A DNA stretch of 63,958 nucleotides, the filler included, from Thermodesulfobacteriota bacterium (GTDB taxonomy: Bacteria; DASVDK01), in the NCBI GenBank assembly GCA_036381125.1. It is 5 parts of 5 records of this genome, joined end to end, with 100 filler letters (N's around TTAATTAATTAA, not from the genome) between each part and the next. Parts side by side here need not be neighbours in the genome. Positions count along the whole stretch, not along the records: positions 35,602 to 48,649 come from DASVDK010000105.1; positions 48,750 to 61,761 come from DASVDK010000111.1; 3 more parts are not named here. One strand, 5' to 3'. The notes under the pieces were generated by a model. That model was not told where the DNA came from, ran no database searches, and was given only the letters and a program-made list of their open reading frames with translations. Positions 43,291 to 52,629 of the stretch are shown one piece after another; position 1 is the stretch's first letter, and each line of letters begins with the position of its first letter. The position numbers were made by a program, and so were the translations under genes.

Positions 43291-44145
43291 CTACGATGCG
43301 CGGCGCAGACGGCGGCGCTCGACGTCGAGCATCCAGCGCTCGACGTCGGCCAGCGCGCCGGCGCACCCGGGATCGGTGAAGACCTCGTGGCGGGCGCCGG
43401 GATAGACCCGAAGGGTCACGTCGGCCCCGGTGAGGGCGCCGGCCAGCCTCCGGCTGCCCTCGGCCGACACGATGGGGTCGGCCTCCCCGTGCACGAGGAG
43501 CACGGGGACCGAGACCCGCGCCGCGCCGGCCAGGGCGTCCCGGCGCGTCGCTTCGAACTCCCGGTACCAACCGGGCGTCACGACCCGATGGACGAGCGGG
43601 TCGCCGCCGTATCGGTCCTGGACGGCGGGGTCGCGCGAGAGCATGCGGGCGCGAATCCCGTTGTCGACCGGCAGGCGCGGTGCGACCCACGCCCCCACCC
43701 GCCCGAGGAGCCGCTTCCACGTCGGGACCGGCAGGATCGGGTCGATGCCGATCCCCGACAGCACGATGCCGGCAAGCCCGGGCACCCGCCGCCGCTCGAC
43801 GAGCCGGAGCACGATGAGCGCCCCCAGGCTGTGGCCGACGAGCCAGAGCGGCGCGCCGCGCGGCGACTGTCGCGCCGTGGACACGACGAGGCCGAGGTCG
43901 TCCAGGTAGTCGTCGAAGCGCGCGACGTGACCGCGCGGACCGCCGGAACGGCCGTGACCGCGGAGGTCGGCGCCCGCCACGGAGATCCCGGCGCGAACCA
44001 GGTGGGCGACGAGCGGGCCGTGGCGGCCCATGTGCTCGCCGAGGCCGTGAACGACGACGGCGACCGATCGCGGGGTCCGGCCGGACGGGTCCCAGCGGTA
44101 CCAGGCGAGCGGCGTCCCGTCGGCCGCCACGAGCGAGGCGGTCAT
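43291..44145 (-). CDS. Lysophospholipase / monoacylglycerol lipase family hydrolase
   Basis: HGLGEH, DLRGHGRS, GHSLG, 'YPGARHEV'. Confidence 0.88.
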   Translation of the reverse strand: MTASLVAADGTPLAWYRWDPSGRTPRSVAVVVHGLGEHMGRHGPLVAHLVRAGISVAGADLRGHGRSGGPRGHVARFDDYLDDLGLVVSTARQSPRGAPLWLVGHSLGALIVLRLVERRRVPGLAGIVLSGIGIDPILPVPTWKRLLGRVGAWVAPRLPVDNGIRARMLSRDPAVQDRYGGDPLVHRVVTPGWYREFEATRRDALAGAARVSVPVLLVHGEADPIVSAEGSRRLAGALTGADVTLRVYPGARHEVFTDPGCAGALADVERWMLDVERRRLRRAS

Positions 44146-44471
44146 CCCTTGAGGAACAGGTCCTTCAGCGTGAAGGCGAGGCCGAGGTCTCCCTTGACCC
44201 GGAGGCGCCCGGTCATGAAGGCCGTGCCGGGGTCGAGCGTGCCGTTGACGATCGCGAGCCAATCGTCCGCGGCGCAGCGCACGATCACCTGCGGCGACGG
44301 CGCGGCGCCCTGCCGCACGCTGCAGACGCAGTCGGCGACGGCGACGTGCCACTGCCCGCCCCCGTCGCCCGAGAGGTCGAAGCCGAAGACGCTCGATACC
44401 CCGTCGGCCCGGTCGGCGCGGAAGGCCGCCGGCAGCCGCTCGAAGAAGGCGGATACGGTCTCGAAGCGCAT
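44142..44471 (-). CDS. SCP2 sterol/lipid-binding domain protein
   Basis: 'FDLSGDGGGQW', 'AFMTGRLRVKGDL'. Confidence 0.85.
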   Translation of the reverse strand: MRFETVSAFFERLPAAFRADRADGVSSVFGFDLSGDGGGQWHVAVADCVCSVRQGAAPSPQVIVRCAADDWLAIVNGTLDPGTAFMTGRLRVKGDLGLAFTLKDLFLKG

Positions 44472-44473
44472 GC

Positions 44474-46339
44474 TCACTCCGTGCGGTGGCCGGACGCGGC
44501 CGTCTCGTAGAGTCGCTCGATGATGTCGCGATACTTCTCGGCGACGACCTTTCGCTTGATCTTCATCGTGGGCGTCAGCTCGCCGGTGGTCTGCGTGAAG
44601 TCCTCGGCCAGGATCGCGAACGCCTTGATCTGCTCGAAGCGGGCGAGCGGCGCGCTCCGCTCGTCGAAGATGCGGCGCACCGCCCGATACACCGCCTCGT
44701 GGCGGCAGACCTCCTCGTGGCTCCCCTCGATCCCCAACGTCTGCGCGAGCTTCTTCAGCTCCTCGGGGTTGAGCGTGACGAGGGCGACGAGAAACGGCCG
44801 CCGGTCGCCGTAGACCATGACCTGCGAGATCAGGGGGTGCCCCTTGAGGAGCCCCTCGATGTTCTGGGGCGCGGCCTTCTTGCCGCCGGCCGTGACGATG
44901 AGGTCCTTCTTCCGATCGGTGATGCGCAGGAAGCCGTCGGCGTCGATCTCGCCGATGTCGCCGGTGTGGAACCACCCGTCCTTGATGGCGGCCTCGGTCG
45001 CCTCCGGGTTCTTGAAGTAGCCCTTGAAGATGTTGGGGCCTCGCAGGAGGATCTCGCCGTCCTCGGCGATGCGCGTCTCGATGCCGGGGAAGGGCAGCCC
45101 CACGGTGCCGAACTTGTAGCGATCGACGTGGTTCACGTGGGTCCCGGAGGCGGTCTCGGTGAGCCCGTACCCCTCCAGGATGAGGATCCCGGCGGCGTGG
45201 AAGAACTCGGCCACCGAGCGCGCGAGCGGAGCGCCGCCCGACACCATGAAGCGCAGCCGGCCGCCGACCCGCTCGCGCACCTTGTGGAGCGCGAGCGCGA
45301 AGGCGAGCCGGTGGCGCAGCCTGAGGCCGGCCGGAATCGGCTTGCCGGCCTGGAGGTGCCGGCTCACCTCCCGGCCCACGCCGAGCGCCCAGTAGAAGAC
45401 CTTCTTCCGCAGGGCGGGCCCCGCCTCCACCCTCGCCAGCGCCCTCGCCTGGAACTTCTCGAAGAAGCGCGGCACGCCGAACATGATGGTCGGCCGCACC
45501 TCGCCCATGTTGTCGCCGACGGTGTCGAGGTTCTCGGCGTACGCGGTCGTGAACCCGATGACGATCGCGCCGAACTGGTTGATCCGCTCGTAGACGTGCG
45601 CGAGCGGCAGGAACGAGAGGGCGACGTCGTCCTCCGCGATGTCGAGCGCGCTGCGGCAGGCCCCGGCCGACGCGAGGAGGTTCGTGTGGGTCAGCATGGC
45701 CCCCTTGGGCGGTCCGGTCGTGCCCGAGGTGTAGATGATGCTCGCCACGTCGCCGGGCTGGAGGTCGGCGTAGCCGCGCTCGTACCGCTGCGGCTCCTTC
45801 GCCTCCACCTCGGCGCCGAGCGCCAGGAGCCGCGCGAAGTCGAGCACCATGGGGTCGCGCCGCTGCGCGTCGGTCAGCGCGGCCGGGTCGATCACCACGA
45901 TCCGCGCGAGCCTCGGGCAGCGCGATCGCACCTCGAGGATCTTCTCGAGCTGGTGGCGGTTCTCGACGACGACCGCGACGACCTCGGCGTCGCTCAGGAT
46001 GTGCTCGACCTGGTTTGCGGGGTTCGTCGCGTAGATGGGGACGGTGAGGGCACCGGCCGTGATGGTGCCGAGGTCGGCGAAGGCCCACTCGGGACGGTTG
46101 CCGGAGAGGATCGCCACGGTCTCGCCGCGGCCGACCCCGAGGGCGCCGAGGCCGAGCGCCACCCGGCGCACCGCCTGACCGTACTCGCGCCACGTGATCG
46201 GGCGATACGCGCCGTCGCGCTTGACGAGGAGCGCGGTCCGGTCGGCCGACCGTGCCACCCGGTCGGCGAAGACCGCCGGCACAGTGGCGCCGGAGGTCCC
46301 GGACATGGGCGATGTCGTCCCCGGCGGCATCACGGCCAT
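44474..46339 (-). CDS. fadD: Long-chain fatty acid--CoA ligase
   Basis: 'IYTSGTTGPPKG', 'EGYGLTET', 'WFHTGDIG', 'DRKKD'. Confidence 0.92.
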   Translation of the reverse strand: MAVMPPGTTSPMSGTSGATVPAVFADRVARSADRTALLVKRDGAYRPITWREYGQAVRRVALGLGALGVGRGETVAILSGNRPEWAFADLGTITAGALTVPIYATNPANQVEHILSDAEVVAVVVENRHQLEKILEVRSRCPRLARIVVIDPAALTDAQRRDPMVLDFARLLALGAEVEAKEPQRYERGYADLQPGDVASIIYTSGTTGPPKGAMLTHTNLLASAGACRSALDIAEDDVALSFLPLAHVYERINQFGAIVIGFTTAYAENLDTVGDNMGEVRPTIMFGVPRFFEKFQARALARVEAGPALRKKVFYWALGVGREVSRHLQAGKPIPAGLRLRHRLAFALALHKVRERVGGRLRFMVSGGAPLARSVAEFFHAAGILILEGYGLTETASGTHVNHVDRYKFGTVGLPFPGIETRIAEDGEILLRGPNIFKGYFKNPEATEAAIKDGWFHTGDIGEIDADGFLRITDRKKDLIVTAGGKKAAPQNIEGLLKGHPLISQVMVYGDRRPFLVALVTLNPEELKKLAQTLGIEGSHEEVCRHEAVYRAVRRIFDERSAPLARFEQIKAFAILAEDFTQTTGELTPTMKIKRKVVAEKYRDIIERLYETAASGHRTE

Positions 46340-46386
46340 GTGCGATCTCCTCGCAAATTCAACGCCTTAGAACGCAGTTGCGCGCC

Positions 46387-46415
46387 ACTCTACCGGCGTG
46401 GTCCCGGGCTGTCAA
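46387..46415 (-). promoter_or_regulatory. Sigma70 promoter TTGACA-N17-TAGAGT for the fadD operon
   Basis: Near-consensus motif and spacing. Confidence 0.6.
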
Positions 46416-47188
46416 GGCGAAGCCGACGCCCGCGCCTCGTCGCACTCGGCGCATCCCGCGCCCCGCGGGTGGAGGAAGAGGAGCGGATCGTGCGCCAGGT
46501 GTCCGCAGGCGACCGCGACGATGTCCCGCGCGCGCGCGAGCCTCGCGCGCGCGTGGCCGACCGGCCCTTCCGCCTGCCGCCCGCGCGCCCGCAGCCACTC
46601 GTCCGCGAAGGCGAAGCGCTCGCAGCAGTGGTCGTTCTCCCCGTACTCGATCCGGACCAGCTCTCCGTCGCGGAGGACCAGGCACGACTTCGGCACGCGG
46701 TACGGCACGCCCGCGAGGACCTCCGCCAGGTGGAGCGTCGTGTCGGACTCGTGACCGACGCCGACGAGGAGCACCTGCCCGTCCAGCTCGTGGACGCGAC
46801 CGACGGGGCTCTCGGGGACGTGCGGCGGAAGGGGGAGCGGATCGGCGACGATCCGCTCCGCGTGCGGCCCGACCGCCGCGAAGGCGTGGACGTGGTCGCT
46901 CCGCCGGACGCCGGGCAGCCGCCAGAACGTGTCGGCCACGACGCCGAGACCCTGCGCCGCCGGGGTCGTCGCCGGATCGAAGGGCTCGTCCTCCTCGTCG
47001 CACCAGGACGGCATCACCAGCGTGCCCCGGGGACCGAGCGCGTCGCGCAGCGCCTCGATCAGCCCGCTCGGCCCCCCCTCGACCGGCCGCACGGCCCGGA
47101 ACGACGCGTGCACGAGCAGGACCCCGCCTGCCTCGACGCCGAGCGCGCGGAGCTGGGTCGCGATCTCGGCGCGCGTGAGTGCCCGCAT
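46412..47188 (-). CDS. Aminoglycoside 3-N-acetyltransferase, AAC(3)-IV-like (258 aa)
   Basis: Colinear with AAC(3)-IVa as recalled: 'GGVLLVH', 'GTLVMPSW', 'DEPFDPAT', 'DPLPLPPH', 'TTLHLAE', 'ENDHCCERF', 'GCxEC'. Confidence 0.9.
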   Translation of the reverse strand: MRALTRAEIATQLRALGVEAGGVLLVHASFRAVRPVEGGPSGLIEALRDALGPRGTLVMPSWCDEEDEPFDPATTPAAQGLGVVADTFWRLPGVRRSDHVHAFAAVGPHAERIVADPLPLPPHVPESPVGRVHELDGQVLLVGVGHESDTTLHLAEVLAGVPYRVPKSCLVLRDGELVRIEYGENDHCCERFAFADEWLRARGRQAEGPVGHARARLARARDIVAVACGHLAHDPLLFLHPRGAGCAECDEARASASP

Positions 47189-47229
47189 CCCTCTCCCTCC
47201 TCGCGCCCCGGCGCGCGTCGAGCCGCGAC

Positions 47230-48649
47230 TCAGAAGGTCTGGCTCGCCGAGATGTAGTAGCGCGTGTCGCCGGGTTGCGGGCCCCCGTCGAGCGGCATCG
47301 CGGCGTCGAGCGACCAGAGGACGGGGCTCACGCCGAAGATGCGCACCGCGAAGCGCAACCCCACGTTGAGGCCGGTGCGGTACTCGCTCCACCGGAACGG
47401 GTTGTGGTCGTCCGAGGCCTGGCCGGCCTCGACGCCGACGACGGCCGAGAGCCCCCCGAAGCCGATCAGGCCCGCCACCCACTGGTCGAGGTCGCGCACG
47501 ACGGGGAACCGGTACTCGACCGACCCGAGCGACAGGCTCCGGCCGCTGAACGCGTCGGTCGGGTAGGCCCTCAGCCCGTCGAAGCCGCCGAGGAGCAGCC
47601 CCTTGCCGAACGGGGGCTGCCCATCGAGCGTCTCCCCCACCTCGGCGCGCAGCGCGAGGGCCTGTCGCGGGCCGACGCGCAGGTAGCGCGTGAGCCGGCC
47701 CCGCACGATCAGGTAGTCGGCGTCGCTGCCGAGCGCCGCGTCGCTCAGGGTGAGGGTGACGCCGGCCGTCCCGCCCGACAGCGGGTGGCGCCGGTCGCGC
47801 CGGCTGTCGAACCCGTACCCGGCCGTCACCTCGGTGATCCAGCGCGCGTCCGACTCCTCGGGACCGAAATCGGGGTCGAGCCGTTCGCCCGTGATCGCCA
47901 GCGTGACGCCGTGGCGCCAGTCGCGCGGCCACGGGGGCAGCGCGAGGCCGACCGACGCGGTGAGGCCGGCCGACTCCTGGTCGCGGAACGCCCGCAGGCC
48001 GTAGACCGGCCGCCGCTCCCGGCCTCGCTGCGCCCTGAGGGCGGCGGCGAGCGACAGCTCGCCCTCGCGGATGTCGAGCGTGGCGCTGAACTCGGTGACG
48101 AGGACGCGCCACCTGGGCGGCAGGCGGTTGTCCTCGCGCCACCGGTCCTCGGTGACCCGGTCGGGGTCGACCTCGACCGCCGCGAAGGGCCGCGAGGTCC
48201 GCAGGCTGAAGGCCGCCGCCTCCGGCGCCTCGAGCGTGACGCGCTCCTCCCCCCCGCCCCGCAGGCGGATCGCCACGGGCACCGGCTCGAGGGCCGGCGC
48301 CTCGGCGGCGAGCCCGTCCGGCAGCCGACCCGCCGGCGGGCGGGCGGTCACGCGCACGGTCGTCTCGTGCGCGGGCGTCCCGGCGACGCGGCGCGACGCG
48401 ACCTCGAGGCGGTAGTCGACCGCGCGCGGCGCCGTCGTCCACTGTCGCACGAACGGGGCGAGGTCACGGCCCGACTGTGCCGAGAGCACCGCGACGAAGT
48501 CGGCCGCGAGCGGGTCGGCGCCGTAGGTGACGGCAGCGGCGGCCAGGTCGCCGAGACCGACCATGGTCAGGAGCTTCCGAGCGATGTGGGCGCCTCCCAG
48601 GCGCGGGCCGCCGAGCCGGGCGAGATCGAGCGGGTCCTCCACCACGGCG
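47230..48649 (-). CDS. Omp85-type beta-barrel fused behind a gluzincin/M1-peptidase-like C-terminal region (5' truncated)
   Basis: 'DLAPFVRQW', 'VEVDPD..EDN', then '[10 protein letters not shown]', 'SVEYRFP'; terminal F. Confidence 0.6.
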
Positions 48650-48749
48650 NNNNNNNNNNNNNNNNNNNNNNNNNNNNNNNNNNNNNNNNNNNNTTAATTA
48701 ATTAANNNNNNNNNNNNNNNNNNNNNNNNNNNNNNNNNNNNNNNNNNNN
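48650..48749. other. Artificial contig linker
   Basis: N44-TTAATTAATTAA-N44. Confidence 0.99.
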
Positions 48750-49351
48750 AGCGCCCCCGAGATGAGCCGCGTCAGGTAGGCCGAGATCGCCCCCACGTTC
48801 TGCGAGATCGACATCTCGTTGTCGTTGAGCACGACGACGAGATCGGTGTCGAGGTGCCCGGCGTTGTTGAGCCCCTCGAAGGCGAGGCCCCCCGTCATGG
48901 CGCCGTCGCCGATCACCGCCACGACCTTGCGCGGCCCGGCCGCCGTGAGGTCGCGCGCCACGGCCATGCCGAGCGCCGCCGAGATCGACGTGGAGGCGTG
49001 GCCGGCGCCGAACGTGTCGAACTCGCTCTCCTCCCGGCGCAGGAACCCCGACGCGCCGTCCTTGAGGCGCAGCCGCTCCATGGCCGCGCGCCGGCCGGTG
49101 AGGAGCTTGTGCGCGTAGGTCTGGTGCCCCACGTCGAAGACCAGGCGGTCGCGCGGCGCGTCGAAGACGTAGTGCAGCGCCACGATGAGGTCGACCATGC
49201 CGAGCGGCGAGGCGAAGTGCCCCCCCGTCCTGGAGACGATGCGGGTGATCTCGGCTCGGAGTTCGGCCGCGAGGGCCGGCAGTTCGTCACGCCGCAGGGT
49301 CTTCAGGTCAGCGGGGGACTGGATCCGATCGAGCAGTGGGGTGGCCGACAT
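48750..49351 (-). CDS. dxs: 1-deoxy-D-xylulose-5-phosphate synthase (3' truncated)
   Basis: 'GGHFASPLG', 'DVGHQTY', 'GHASTSISA', '[17 protein letters not shown]'. Confidence 0.95.
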
Positions 49352-49502
49352 GGCCGGCAGTATACCGCCCGGAGCGCGCGGCTCCCGGATCGGGTCGTGG
49401 GACGAGCGCTCGCCTCGGGTGCGACCGGACGGCCGTGCGGCGCGAGGGGCCTCCGCGCGCGGGGTCGGTTCCGCGCGCGGAGGCCGGTCGGCAGGTGCGA
49501 GC

Positions 49503-49760
49503 CTACTGCCCGCGGTCGAACGCGGGGCGCTCGGCGTTCGGGTACTGGACGATGCGGACCGAGTCGGTGTACGCGGCGGTCGTCCGGCCGTCCTCCTCGC
49601 CGTTGGTCACCGCGCCCTGGCCGCGGGTCGACAGCTCCGGGGCCGAAACGATCTGCACCGGCTGCGTCTTCTCCTTTGCGACCTCGTCGATCGGGGCCGC
49701 GAACGCCGTCCCGGCCGCAAGCGTGGCGGCCGCGGCAAGGGTAAGGGCAAAGGTCTTCAT
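49503..49760 (-). CDS. Small secreted hypothetical protein (85 aa)
   Basis: GAGGAG RBS; signal peptide [21 protein letters not shown]. Confidence 0.75.
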   Translation of the reverse strand: MKTFALTLAAAATLAAGTAFAAPIDEVAKEKTQPVQIVSAPELSTRGQGAVTNGEEDGRTTAAYTDSVRIVQYPNAERPAFDRGQ

Positions 49761-49858
49761 GGTCGGTCTCCTCGAGTCTTCGGATCCCTGGGGATCACTC
49801 GACATCTGCGGCGCGGGTCACCACGACCCGCCGTCCGCGTTCCTCGGGAGACGGGAGG

Positions 49859-49875
49859 AGCATCAGGCGTGCCGC
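49859..49875 (-). promoter_or_regulatory. Sigma54-like -24/-12 promoter (CGGCACGCCTGATGCT)
   Basis: GG-N10-GC spacing with GGCAC. Confidence 0.5.
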
Positions 49876-50064
49876 CCCGGTCGCGCCCGGGCGCGTGCAC
49901 GAAAAGCGCACCAACGGCGGGTCGTTGCGGCGACGGGGCGCGAGGCGGCCGATGACGCGACCCACCAGCGCCCCGCGGCACGGTGCAGGTTGAAACGTCC
50001 CGCGGTTTCCCTGGAACGCCTACACCGTTCTGGCCGCCGTTGTGACGACAACCGCAAACCGGCC

Positions 50065-50114
50065 GGGGTCGGGTCTTTCCATTTTCCGCGGCCACGGAAC
50101 GCCGAGACCCGACC
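50065..50114. repeat. REP/REPIN-like inverted-repeat element, copy 2
   Basis: GGGGTCGGGTCTTTCCATTTTCC...AGACCCGACC. Confidence 0.6.
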
Positions 50115-50119
50115 GGGAG

Positions 50120-51622
50120 CTAGTAGCGCGGCACGGAGGGGTCCACGTCGGTCGACCAGCGGTCGATGCCGCCCGCGAGGTTGGCGAGCTTGCGGAAGCC
50201 GGCGGTCCTGAGGAACTCGATCGCCTGGGCGCTCCGGACGCCGGTCTTGCAGTGGACGACGATGTCGTCCGCCGAGCTGAGCTCGTGGACCCGCGCGGGC
50301 AGCTCGGACAGCGGGATGAGCTTCGCGCCGGGGATGCGAGCGATCTCCCACTCGGGCAGGTTCCGGACGTCGAGCACGACGACGCCGTCGCCGCGGTCGA
50401 GTCGCGCCTTGAGTTCGGCCGGCGTGACCGACGGGATGTCGGCCGCGACCTCGGGCCCATGGGCGACCGGGCCGACGCCGCAGAACTGCTCGTAGTCGAT
50501 CAGCTCGTGGATGGTCCGCTCGGTGCCGCAGATGGGGCACTCCGGGTTCGCCTTGATCCGCAGCTCGCGGAACCGCATCCGGAGCGCGTCGAAGAGGAGC
50601 AACCGCCCGAGGAGCGGCTCGCCCTCGCCGAGGATCAGCTTCACGGTCTCCGCGGCCTGGATGAGCCCCACGATGCCCGGCAGGATCCCGAGCACGCCCC
50701 CCTCGGCGCAGGACGGCACGAGGCCGGGCGGCGGCGGCTCCGGATAGAGGCACCGGTAGCAGGGCCCGTGGCCGGCCCAGAAGACCGTCGCCTGACCGTC
50801 GAAGCGGAAGATGCTCCCGTAGACGTTCGGCTTGCCGGTAAGCACGCAGGCGTCGTTCACGAGGTACCGGGTGGGGAAGTTGTCGGTGCCGTCGACGATG
50901 ACGTCGTAGTCCTTGAAGAGGTCGAGTGCGTTCGCCGACGAGAGCGGGAACTCGTGCGCCTCGACCCGGACCTCCGGGTTGATGTCGACGATGCGGTCGC
51001 GGGCGCTCGCGATCTTGGGGCGTCCGACGTCCTTGGTGCCGTGGATGACCTGACGGTGGAGGTTCGTGTAGTCGACCACGTCGAAGTCGACGAGGCCGAG
51101 CGTCCCCACGCCGGCCGCGGCCAGGTACATGCCGAGCGGCGAGCCGAGCCCGCCGGCCCCGATGCAGAGCACGCGCGCGGCCTTGAGCCGCTTCTGCCCG
51201 GCGAGGCCGACCTCCGGCATGATGAGGTGCCGGCTGTAGCGCAGGATCTCGCCCTGCGACAGGGTCACGTCGGAGATGTCCCGCGCCACGGTCGGCTTGC
51301 CGTTGACGCCCTGCGCCGCGCCGGCCCCGCGCCCCTGGTCGACGGCGCCGCCCGCGATGGCCGGGACGAGCGACAGGCTCTGGCCCTCGCGCACCGGCGT
51401 GTCGAGCCCCTGCCGGTCGTGGATGCTCTCGTCGCCGACGAAGACGTTCACGAAGTTCCGCAAGGTCCCGCCCTCGGTGAAGAGCTGCGTGCGGAGGTCC
51501 GGGTAGCGGGCGGTCAGGGCGGCGAGGACCTGCCCCGCGGTCTCGCCCTGCGCCGTCACCTCCGCCTGCCCGCCGGCGAACGCCCGCAGCGGCACGGGGA
51601 TCTGCACGGTGATCTGACTCAT
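50120..51622 (-). CDS. moeZ: MoaD/CysO-like ubiquitin fold fused to MoeZ (MoeB adenylyltransferase + rhodanese)
   Basis: N-terminal 'FVNVFV..VPAIAGG'; 'RYSRHL', 'GAGGLG', CYRC; rhodanese 'HCKTGVRS'. Confidence 0.9.
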   Translation of the reverse strand: MSQITVQIPVPLRAFAGGQAEVTAQGETAGQVLAALTARYPDLRTQLFTEGGTLRNFVNVFVGDESIHDRQGLDTPVREGQSLSLVPAIAGGAVDQGRGAGAAQGVNGKPTVARDISDVTLSQGEILRYSRHLIMPEVGLAGQKRLKAARVLCIGAGGLGSPLGMYLAAAGVGTLGLVDFDVVDYTNLHRQVIHGTKDVGRPKIASARDRIVDINPEVRVEAHEFPLSSANALDLFKDYDVIVDGTDNFPTRYLVNDACVLTGKPNVYGSIFRFDGQATVFWAGHGPCYRCLYPEPPPPGLVPSCAEGGVLGILPGIVGLIQAAETVKLILGEGEPLLGRLLLFDALRMRFRELRIKANPECPICGTERTIHELIDYEQFCGVGPVAHGPEVAADIPSVTPAELKARLDRGDGVVVLDVRNLPEWEIARIPGAKLIPLSELPARVHELSSADDIVVHCKTGVRSAQAIEFLRTAGFRKLANLAGGIDRWSTDVDPSVPRY

Positions 51623-52551
51623 GACTCCTCGCTCCAGAATCGCTCGCTCAGGTAACGTTCGCCCCCGTCCGGCAGGACGGTGACGATGATCGCGCCCGGG
51701 TGCTCGCGGCCGATGCGCAGCGCGGCCGCGAGCGCCGCGCCGCCGGACGGGCCGATGAAGACGCCCTCCTCCCGCGCGACGCGCCTGACCAGCGCCTGCG
51801 CCTCCTCGGTGCGCATCCACAGGTTCTCGTCGGCCACGCCCGGGTCGTAGATGGCCGGCACCAGGGCCGACGGCATGTGCTTGAGCCCCTCGAGCCCGTG
51901 GAACGGGCTGTCCGGCTGGACCGAGACGAGCCGGACGGCGCGTCCCTTCTCCGCCCTGAGCCGCCGCGCGACGCCGACGAAGGTGCCGGACGTGCCGAGT
52001 GCGGCGACGAAGTGCGTGAGGCGACCGCCCGTCTGCTCGAGGATCTCCACCGCCGTGCCGTCGTAGTGCGCTCGCCAGTTGGCCGGGTTCGAGTACTGGT
52101 CCGGGTAGAAGAAGCGGTCCGGGTCGGCCGCGAAGCGCCGGCGCGCCTCGCGGATGGCGCCGTCGGACCCCTCGGCGGCGGGCGTCTCGACGATGCGGAC
52201 GCCGTACGCCCTGAGGATCGCCTTGCGCTCCGCCGAGGCCGACGCCGGCAGGCACAGCTCCACCGCGTAGCCCTTCGCGGCGCCGATCCAGGCGTAGGCG
52301 ATGCCGGTGTTGCCCGACGTGGCGTCGAGGATCGTCTTGCCGCGGACGAGCCTCCCCGTTCGCTCGCCGTCGAGGATCATGCCCAGCGCGGCGCGGTCCT
52401 TGACCGAGCCGCCCGGGTTGCGCGACTCGAGCTTGGCGAGGATCGTCACGTCGGCGAGGCCGGCGGCCAGGCGGTCGAACCGCACGAGCGGCGTGTGACC
52501 GACGAGGTCCTCGATGCGCTGGCCGGCCGTCAGGGTGCCGATCGCCCGCAT
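51619..52551 (-). CDS. cysM: PLP-dependent cysteine synthase, CysM-like
   Basis: 'KLESRNPGGSVKDR', 'ATSGNTG', 'GTSGT', 'DGGERYLS'. Confidence 0.88.
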   Translation of the reverse strand: MRAIGTLTAGQRIEDLVGHTPLVRFDRLAAGLADVTILAKLESRNPGGSVKDRAALGMILDGERTGRLVRGKTILDATSGNTGIAYAWIGAAKGYAVELCLPASASAERKAILRAYGVRIVETPAAEGSDGAIREARRRFAADPDRFFYPDQYSNPANWRAHYDGTAVEILEQTGGRLTHFVAALGTSGTFVGVARRLRAEKGRAVRLVSVQPDSPFHGLEGLKHMPSALVPAIYDPGVADENLWMRTEEAQALVRRVAREEGVFIGPSGGAALAAALRIGREHPGAIIVTVLPDGGERYLSERFWSEES

Positions 52552-52629
52552 GGTTCGTTCATCTCCCGAAACCTCCGTCCGGGGCCGCCTCGCGTGCGGC
52601 CCCGGACGATGTGCCGGCATCCCGGCCCG

